Source of the DNA: Thermodesulfobacterium commune DSM 2178
Lineage (GTDB): Bacteria; Desulfobacterota; Thermodesulfobacteria; Thermodesulfobacteriales; Thermodesulfobacteriaceae
Reading direction: 5' to 3'
Assembly (NCBI RefSeq): GCF_000734015.1
Contig: NZ_CP008796.1
Span: 1,680,001 to 1,712,000, forward strand
Length of the DNA: 32,000 nt
The translations under genes and the position numbers were made by a program. Of the stretch, positions 25,260 to 32,000 are shown one piece after another. The notes under the pieces were generated by a model. That model worked only from the letters and a program-made list of their open reading frames with translations, had not been told where the DNA came from and ran no database searches. Every line of letters begins with the position of its first letter. Position 1 is the stretch's first letter.

Positions 25260-28200
25260 ATGCTAAACAACCAAAGGAATGTATCTATTCGTAAAAGTTT
25301 TGCTAAAACAAAACAGATCCAAGAAGTACCTAATCTTTTAAAAATACCTAAGGAATCCTATGAGAAGTTTTTACAGGCCAAAACCCCTCCAGAAAACAGA
25401 CTAGACGTAGGTATTCATAGGTGTTTTAAATCAGTATTTCCGATAAGAGATTACTCTGAGACAGCGGTTTTAGAATATATAGATTATAAAATTTTAGAAC
25501 CAGAATATACCCCGGAAGAGGCTAAAGATAAAGGTTTAACCTATGAAGCTCCGATGAAATTAAAGGTAAGGTTGGTAACCTATGACTTAGACCCAGAAAC
25601 TGGTATAAAGAGTATTAAAGATGTTAAAGAGCAAGAGGTATATTTTGGCACCATTCCTTTGATGACTGAAGACGGAAGGTTTATCATAAATGGGACAGAA
25701 CGTGCTATTGTCAATCAACTTCAGCGTTCTCCTGGTGTTGTCTTTGAAAAAGAAAAAACTCATGCTAAAGCAGGTAGGTTAACCTATATTGCAAGAGTTA
25801 TTCCGGTTAAAGGGTCTTGGTTAGACTTTATTTATGATTATAAAGGGAGATTTTTTGTAAGAATAGACAAAAGAAAAAACATTTTAGCTACTGTTTTTCT
25901 TAAGGCTATGGGAATGACTGAGGAAGAAATTTTATCTATCTTTTATCCTACAGAGACTTACTTAATCTTAGAGGAAGGTGTAGAAAGAGTTTTAGATTAC
26001 GAACTTTTAGCAGGCCAAAAAGCAGATTTTGATATCGTTAATCCAGAGACCGGAGAGGTTATCTTAAAAAAAGGCAAGGTTATTACCGCAGGGTTGATAA
26101 AAAAACTAAAAAGGTTAGGTATTACCTCTATAAAATTGACTGACGAAGCCCTGATAGGTAAGATTTGTGCTAAAGATGTGGTAGACCCAGCAGGTACTGG
26201 TGAGGTTCTTTTAGAGACCAACCAGGAAATAACTAAGGAAAAATTAGATTTACTTAGAGAGAAAGGTATAAACGAGGTAAAAGTTCTTTTTATAGATCCT
26301 CATTACTATACTTCTTCTGTGAGAGAGGCTTTAAAAAGTGATAAAGCAAAAAACAGGGAAGAGGCTCTTATCGAAATCTATAGAAAAATGCGTCCTTCAA
26401 GCCCTGTAAGTTATGAAGTGGCAGAGGCTTACTTTAGGTCTCTCTTTTTTGACCCTGAGACTTATGACCTTTCAGAAATAGGCCGTTATAAAATCAACCT
26501 ACGTTTAAACTTAGATATTCCAATTACTCAAAGGGTACTTACTAGGCAAGACGTGATAGCCATTTTAAAGGAATTGATAAGACTTAGGGAAAGAGAGGAA
26601 GAAGGAGACGATATAGACAGTCTTTCCAACAGAAGGGTTAGAGCAGTAGGAGAATTGGTAGAAAATCAGTTTCTTATAGGTCTTATGCGGATGGAAAGGG
26701 CGATAAAAGAAAAACTCCAACTTCAAGAACTTGAGGAGATAACCCCTGTAGAGCTTATAAACAGCAAGCCTGTTGTGGGTGCGGTAAAAGAATTTTTTGC
26801 CCAGGGTCAGCTTTCTCAGTTTATGGACCAAACTAACGTTCTCTCCATGCTTACCCATAAAAGAAGACTTTCTGCTTTAGGACCAGGTGGTTTGACCAGA
26901 GAAAGGGCAGGTTTTGAGGTTAGAGACGTTCATCCCAGTCATTATGGAAGGATCTGTCCTATCGAAACCCCTGAAGGTCCAAACATCGGTTTGATTGTTT
27001 CTCCTACCACGTTTGCCCAGACCAATCCTTATGGATTTTTAGAAACACCATATAGAATGGTTAAAGATGGTAGGGTTACAGATCAAGTAATTTACTTGAA
27101 TGCTGCTGAAGAAAAAGATTTGGTTATAGCTCAATCTACTATTAGACTGGATAAACAAGGAAATATTTTGGATGAATATGTTCCTGCCAGAAAAAACGGA
27201 GAGTTCGTTATAGCTCATAGGGACGAGGTTGATTTGATAGACCTTATACCTGCTCAGGTGGTTAGTATTTCCAGTTCTTTGATCCCCTTCCTTGAACATG
27301 ATGACGCTAACCGTGCACTTATGGGATCTAACATGCAACGACAGGCTGTCCCTTTGATAAAAACTAAGGCTCCTTTGGTCGGTTCTGGTATGGAAAAGGT
27401 GGTGGCTTTAAACTCAGGTATGGTGGTAGTGGCAGAAGCTGATGGTGTGGTTGAAGATGTAGACAGCACCCGGATAGTGGTAAAATATGATCCTAAAGAA
27501 GGAGAGCTTCCTGAAGTAAAAATTTATGAGTTAATTAAATGGAAAAAGTCTAACCAGAATACTTGCTTTTCACAAAGACCTATCGTGAAACCAGGACAGA
27601 GGGTTAAAAAAGGAGAGATTTTGGCAGACGGGCCCTCTATTAGCCAAGGAGAATTAGCGTTGGGTAAAGATGTTTTGGTAGCTTTTATGCCTTGGAGAGG
27701 TTATAATTTTGAGGACTCTATCATCATTTCTGAAAGGTTGGTGAGAGACGATGTTTTTACCTCTATTCATATAGAGGAGTTTGAATGTGTTGCCAGGGAG
27801 ACTAAGCTTGGAAGAGAAGAAATTACAAGGGATCTCCCTAACGTAAGTGAAGAACTTTTAACCAATCTTGATGAAAGCGGTATAATAAAAATAGGGAGTT
27901 ATGTAAAACCTGGAGATATTTTAGTAGGGAAGGTAACCCCTAAAGGAGAGACAACTCTTACTCCTGAGGAAAAACTTTTAAGAGCTATTTTTGGAGAAAA
28001 AGCAAAAGATGTAAAAGACACTTCTTTAAGAGTTCCTGCAGGTATAGAAGGTATTGTAATAGATACCAAGATTCTTACCCGAAAAGGTATAGAAAAAGAT
28101 GCAAGAGCTAAACAAAAGGAAGATGAAACTATAGCTAAACTTTTGAGAAACCAAGCAGCTGTTTTAGAAGTTCTTTTTAGATATACAGTAAACAGATTGG

Positions 28201-29348
28201 CTTATGTTTTAAATGGAGAGGTAGCTACTGCTGAGCTTGAAAGAGAGGGGCAGGTTTTTATCAACAAGGGAGAGGCTTTGACCTTAGAGAAACTTAAGAC
28301 TTTGCCTACTTCTCTGTTAACTAAGTTGAAAGATATAGTTCCCTCGGCTAAAAAAGAGGTAGTTTCTGAGATTATAAAAGCTTATGAAAAGAGGAGAAAA
28401 GAGATTATAGAAGAGTATGAAACACACATTAATAGGATAAAGAAAGGAGATGAACTGCCCCCTGGTGTTTTAAAGGTGGTGAAGGTTTATGTAGCCATGA
28501 AGAGAAAGCTTCAGCCAGGAGATAAGATGGCAGGAAGACATGGAAACAAAGGTGTGGTTTCTAAAATCGTTCCTATCGAGGACATGCCCTATTTGCCTGA
28601 CGGAACTCCGGTAGATATGATCCTTTCACCTTTAGGTGTTCCTTCTCGTATGAACATAGGTCAGCTTCTTGAAACCCATCTGGGATGGGCTTGTAAGGAG
28701 TTAGGTAAGAAGTTAAGCAAATTGGCTCAAGAATATCAGGTAGAAAGTGTAAAGGCGCTTTTAAAAGAGATTTTTTATGAAGACGAATATGAGAAGTTAG
28801 TAGAAGGTAAGACTGATGAAGAAATATTAGAGCTTGCTAAAGGTTTTGCGGATGGAATTCCTATTGCTACTCCTGTTTTTGCAGGGGCTAAGGAGGAAGA
28901 GATTAAAAAGTGGTTGTCTTTAGCTGGGTTAAATGAAAGTGGAACTACTGTTCTTTATAATGGTATGACAGGAGAACCTTTCTCTGAACCGGTAACCGTA
29001 GGTTATATGTATATGTTAAAACTTCATCACTTGGTTGATGATAAGATCCATGCTCGTTCTACTGGGCCTTACTCCTTAATAACCCAGCAACCCCTTGGAG
29101 GAAAATCTCAGTTCGGTGGGCAGAGATTGGGAGAGATGGAAGTCTGGGCTATAGAGGCTTATGGAGCTGCTTATACTCTTCATGAGTTCCTTACGGTTAA
29201 AAGTGACGATGTAGAAGGACGTACCAAGATGTATGAAAAACTGGTTAAAGGTAAAAACTTCTTAGAAGGAGGTATGCCTGAAAGCTTTAAGGTGTTAACC
29301 AAAGAGTTACAAGGTCTTTGCCTTGATATAGAAACTATAGAAGAATAA
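25260..29348 (+). CDS. rpoB: DNA-directed RNA polymerase beta subunit
   Basis: It is 1362 aa and contains [70 protein letters not shown] and [12 protein letters not shown]. Confidence 0.98.
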   Translation: MLNNQRNVSIRKSFAKTKQIQEVPNLLKIPKESYEKFLQAKTPPENRLDVGIHRCFKSVFPIRDYSETAVLEYIDYKILEPEYTPEEAKDKGLTYEAPMKLKVRLVTYDLDPETGIKSIKDVKEQEVYFGTIPLMTEDGRFIINGTERAIVNQLQRSPGVVFEKEKTHAKAGRLTYIARVIPVKGSWLDFIYDYKGRFFVRIDKRKNILATVFLKAMGMTEEEILSIFYPTETYLILEEGVERVLDYELLAGQKADFDIVNPETGEVILKKGKVITAGLIKKLKRLGITSIKLTDEALIGKICAKDVVDPAGTGEVLLETNQEITKEKLDLLREKGINEVKVLFIDPHYYTSSVREALKSDKAKNREEALIEIYRKMRPSSPVSYEVAEAYFRSLFFDPETYDLSEIGRYKINLRLNLDIPITQRVLTRQDVIAILKELIRLREREEEGDDIDSLSNRRVRAVGELVENQFLIGLMRMERAIKEKLQLQELEEITPVELINSKPVVGAVKEFFAQGQLSQFMDQTNVLSMLTHKRRLSALGPGGLTRERAGFEVRDVHPSHYGRICPIETPEGPNIGLIVSPTTFAQTNPYGFLETPYRMVKDGRVTDQVIYLNAAEEKDLVIAQSTIRLDKQGNILDEYVPARKNGEFVIAHRDEVDLIDLIPAQVVSISSSLIPFLEHDDANRALMGSNMQRQAVPLIKTKAPLVGSGMEKVVALNSGMVVVAEADGVVEDVDSTRIVVKYDPKEGELPEVKIYELIKWKKSNQNTCFSQRPIVKPGQRVKKGEILADGPSISQGELALGKDVLVAFMPWRGYNFEDSIIISERLVRDDVFTSIHIEEFECVARETKLGREEITRDLPNVSEELLTNLDESGIIKIGSYVKPGDILVGKVTPKGETTLTPEEKLLRAIFGEKAKDVKDTSLRVPAGIEGIVIDTKILTRKGIEKDARAKQKEDETIAKLLRNQAAVLEVLFRYTVNRLAYVLNGEVATAELEREGQVFINKGEALTLEKLKTLPTSLLTKLKDIVPSAKKEVVSEIIKAYEKRRKEIIEEYETHINRIKKGDELPPGVLKVVKVYVAMKRKLQPGDKMAGRHGNKGVVSKIVPIEDMPYLPDGTPVDMILSPLGVPSRMNIGQLLETHLGWACKELGKKLSKLAQEYQVESVKALLKEIFYEDEYEKLVEGKTDEEILELAKGFADGIPIATPVFAGAKEEEIKKWLSLAGLNESGTTVLYNGMTGEPFSEPVTVGYMYMLKLHHLVDDKIHARSTGPYSLITQQPLGGKSQFGGQRLGEMEVWAIEAYGAAYTLHEFLTVKSDDVEGRTKMYEKLVKGKNFLEGGMPESFKVLTKELQGLCLDIETIEE

Positions 29349-29372
29349 AAAACAAAAGGGGGTGTTTATATA

Positions 29373-32000
29373 ATGAAAGAACTCCTTTCTATTTTAGAAA
29401 AACCTAAAGATGTAATGAAAATAAGGGCATTAAAAATAGGATTAGCCTCTCCTGAAAAAATAAGAGAATGGAGCTACGGAGAGGTTAAAAAACCAGAGAC
29501 GATTAACTATAGGACTTTGAAGCCTGAAAAGGATGGTTTATTTTGTGCTAAAATTTTTGGTCCTATTAGGGATTATGAGTGTCTTTGTGGTAAGTATCGC
29601 GGAATGAAACATAGAGGGGTTATCTGTGAGAAGTGCGGGGTTGAGGTTATCCAGAGCAAGGTTAGAAGAGAAAGAATGGGACATATTGAGTTGGCTGCAC
29701 CGGTAGCTCATATTTGGTATTTAAGAAGTATTCCCTCTAAAATAGGTCTTTTACTCAACATGACACTTAAAGAAGTAGAATCTATTCTTTATTTAGAAAG
29801 ATATGTAGTCATAGAAAGTCAAGTAGAAGAATTTCCTGTGGGTACCATTCTTACTGAAGATAAATACTCCGCTTTAAAAGAGATGTATGGAGACCAGATA
29901 GTAGCTGATACAGGGGCTTCAGCTATTTATGAGCTTTTAAGAAACATAGACCTTGACAAACTTATTCAGGACATCCAGATAGAACTTCAAACCACCCACA
30001 GTGAGGCTCGCAGAAAGAAACTTGGTAAAAGACTTCAGATAGCTAGAGCATTTAAACAGTCAGGTAATAGGCCTGAATGGATGATTTTAAAGGTTATACC
30101 AGTTATTCCACCTGAGTTGAGGCCTTTAGTACCTTTAGAGGGAGGTAGATTTGCTACCTCAGACTTAAACGACCTTTACAGAAGGGTTATCAACCGTAAC
30201 GTGAGACTTAAAAAGTTGATAGACCTTGATGCTCCTGAAATAATTTTGAAAAACGAAAAGAGGATGTTACAAGAGGCTGTTGATGCCCTTTTTGATAACG
30301 GAAGAAGAGGACGTCCTGTGATGGGGCCTAATAGAAGGCCTTTAAAAAGTCTTTCTGATATTCTTAAGGGTAAACAAGGCAGATTTAGACAGAATCTTTT
30401 AGGTAAAAGAGTGGATTTTTCAGGTAGGTCTGTTATTACCGCAGGTCCTGAGTTACGAATGTATCAGTGTGGTTTGCCTAAGAAGATGGCTTTAGAACTT
30501 TTTAAACCCTATATTTATGGTTGGTTAGAAAAGCATGGATATGCTACCAACATCAAAACCGCTAAAAGGTTGGTGGAAGAGGAACATCCTGCAGTTTGGG
30601 ATGCCCTTGATGAGATCGTAAAAGAATATCCGGTAATGTTAAACCGTGCTCCTACTTTGCATAGGTTAGGTATTCAGGCCTTTGAACCAGTGTTGATAGA
30701 CACAAAGGCCATCCAGCTACATCCACTGGTCTGTGTAGCTTATAACGCTGACTTTGACGGAGACCAGATGGCTGTGCATGTTCCGCTTTCGGTAGAGGCG
30801 CAGATAGAAAATAGAGTTCTTATTCTTTCAACCAACAACATCCTTCTTCCTGCAAACGGTATTCCTGTAGTTTATCCTACCCAAGATATGGTTTTAGGAA
30901 TTTACTACATGACGTTAGAACGTCCTTTTGCGAAGGGAGAAGGTAAAGTTTTTAGAGATAAAGATGAGGTGATCCTTGCATATCAGACAGGAGCTGTCCA
31001 TCTACAAGCGAAGATAAAGGTAAGGATTGATGGTAAACTTTTAGATACAACGGTAGGTAGAGTCCTGTTTTCGACCATCGTTCCCGAAGAGATTCCTTTT
31101 GAAGAGTATAATAAACCATTGACCAAAAAAGAGCTTCAAAAGTTGATAGACATTTCTTATCGTAGAGCAGGTATTAAGAAAACAGTAATTTTTGCGGATA
31201 AATTAAAAGATTTGGGGTTTGCACAAGCTACTGAAGCTGCTCTTTCTATTTCTGTGGATTATCTTACCATTCCTAAGAAAAAAGCGGAAATTTTGGCTGA
31301 GGCAGATAGAAAGATTGCAGAGATCTGGGAGCAGTATAGAGAAGGTTTGATCACCGAGAGTGAAAGGTATAACAAAGCAATAGATATATGGTCTAATGCT
31401 ACTGAGCGTGTTACTGAAGAGATGATTAAAGAAATGGAAACCAAGGAATATATCGGGCCTAACGGAGAGAAAGTGATAGGTCCCAGCTTTAACCCAGTCT
31501 ACATCATGGCCTTTTCTGGAGCTCGTGGTTCTAAAGATCAGATAAGGCAGCTTGCTGGTATGAGAGGTTTGATGGCTAAACCCTCTGGAGAAATTATTGA
31601 AACACCGATTAAAAGTAATTTCAGAGAAGGGCTTTCAGTTTTGGAATACTTTGTGTCTACCCATGGAGCCCGTAAAGGACTTGCAGACACAGCTTTAAAA
31701 ACCGCTAATGCCGGATATTTAACAAGAAAATTAGTAGATGTTGCTCAAGACTGTGTGGTAACTGAAGAAGATTGTGGAACCATAGATGGTATAGAGGTAG
31801 GTCATCTTATTGAGGCAGGTGAGATTATCGAACCTGTTTGGGATAGAGTGTTGGGAAGGGTTGCCTTAGAAGATATTTTAGACCCTATTACAGGAGAGGT
31901 ATTGATCGAAGCTAATCAAGAAATAGATGAAGAAGGGGTTAAAAAGCTTAAAGAAGCAGGAATAGAGAAGGTCATGATAAGGTCTGTGCTTACCTGTGAG
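29373..32000 (+). CDS. rpoC: DNA-directed RNA polymerase beta' subunit (5' partial, runs off window end)
   Basis: This ORF is not in the track because it has no stop in the window. ATG 29373 follows AAGGGGG. My translation begins [13 protein letters not shown]...[38 protein letters not shown] (Zn finger). Downstream motifs include [14 protein letters not shown] (about 30755-30796). The frame is open for 876 codons to position 32000. Confidence 0.97.
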   Translation, partial: MKELLSILEKPKDVMKIRALKIGLASPEKIREWSYGEVKKPETINYRTLKPEKDGLFCAKIFGPIRDYECLCGKYRGMKHRGVICEKCGVEVIQSKVRRERMGHIELAAPVAHIWYLRSIPSKIGLLLNMTLKEVESILYLERYVVIESQVEEFPVGTILTEDKYSALKEMYGDQIVADTGASAIYELLRNIDLDKLIQDIQIELQTTHSEARRKKLGKRLQIARAFKQSGNRPEWMILKVIPVIPPELRPLVPLEGGRFATSDLNDLYRRVINRNVRLKKLIDLDAPEIILKNEKRMLQEAVDALFDNGRRGRPVMGPNRRPLKSLSDILKGKQGRFRQNLLGKRVDFSGRSVITAGPELRMYQCGLPKKMALELFKPYIYGWLEKHGYATNIKTAKRLVEEEHPAVWDALDEIVKEYPVMLNRAPTLHRLGIQAFEPVLIDTKAIQLHPLVCVAYNADFDGDQMAVHVPLSVEAQIENRVLILSTNNILLPANGIPVVYPTQDMVLGIYYMTLERPFAKGEGKVFRDKDEVILAYQTGAVHLQAKIKVRIDGKLLDTTVGRVLFSTIVPEEIPFEEYNKPLTKKELQKLIDISYRRAGIKKTVIFADKLKDLGFAQATEAALSISVDYLTIPKKKAEILAEADRKIAEIWEQYREGLITESERYNKAIDIWSNATERVTEEMIKEMETKEYIGPNGEKVIGPSFNPVYIMAFSGARGSKDQIRQLAGMRGLMAKPSGEIIETPIKSNFREGLSVLEYFVSTHGARKGLADTALKTANAGYLTRKLVDVAQDCVVTEEDCGTIDGIEVGHLIEAGEIIEPVWDRVLGRVALEDILDPITGEVLIEANQEIDEEGVKKLKEAGIEKVMIRSVLTCE

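Noticed and set aside
22113-31444. Antisense ORFs in the ribosomal/RNAP region. These are 22113-22298, 22895-23134, 24152-24442, 24815-25141, 25997-26221, 26565-26858, 27039-27338, 27254-27469 and 31259-31444.
   Set aside because: All are shadow frames of secE, rplK, rplJ, rplL, rpoB or rpoC. There is no independent evidence of coding.

Overview
This is a gene-dense, low-GC bacterial chromosome segment with no recognisable mobile DNA. Gene content, K/E/I-rich proteins and purine-rich mRNAs suggest a thermophilic sulfate reducer of the Thermodesulfobacterium type; this is inference, not a database match. Left part (1-10.9 kb): rpsF-rpsR-rplI-dnaB, a convergent tandem-USP gene, ilvC, a two-gene cassette of unknown function, rsmE, an orphan UvrD/RecB-like helicase, a HAD phosphatase and a long-chain polyprenyl diphosphate synthase. 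Middle (10.9-20.2 kb): a complete dissimilatory sulfate activation/reduction module, sat, an unassigned 119-codon ORF, aprB, aprA and qmoABC, with promoter-like, terminator and unusual hairpin elements. Right part (20.2-32 kb): tRNA-Tyr, tRNA-Gly, tRNA-Thr, tuf, rpmG, tRNA-Trp, secE, nusG, rplK, rplA, an L10 leader, rplJ, rplL, an attenuator, rpoB and rpoC (cut by the window end). I found no CRISPR array, IS/integrase, toxin-antitoxin or recognisable defence genes, and no convincing novel multi-gene system. The best candidates for undescribed biology are: (1) the small acidic ORF co-transcribed with sat; (2) the terminator plus long perfect palindrome between aprA and qmoA; (3) a 10-bp phased AAAAGA array upstream of the aprBA promoter and a 10-bp direct repeat in the sat leader; (4) the purine-ending codon usage and four-Cys insertion of tuf; (5) the secreted DUF4198-like protein plus 162-aa unknown pair; (6) the AT-rich orphan helicase with an in-frame 12-bp tandem duplication. 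All start-codon refinements and structures were read by eye from the sequence. No similarity search was run.
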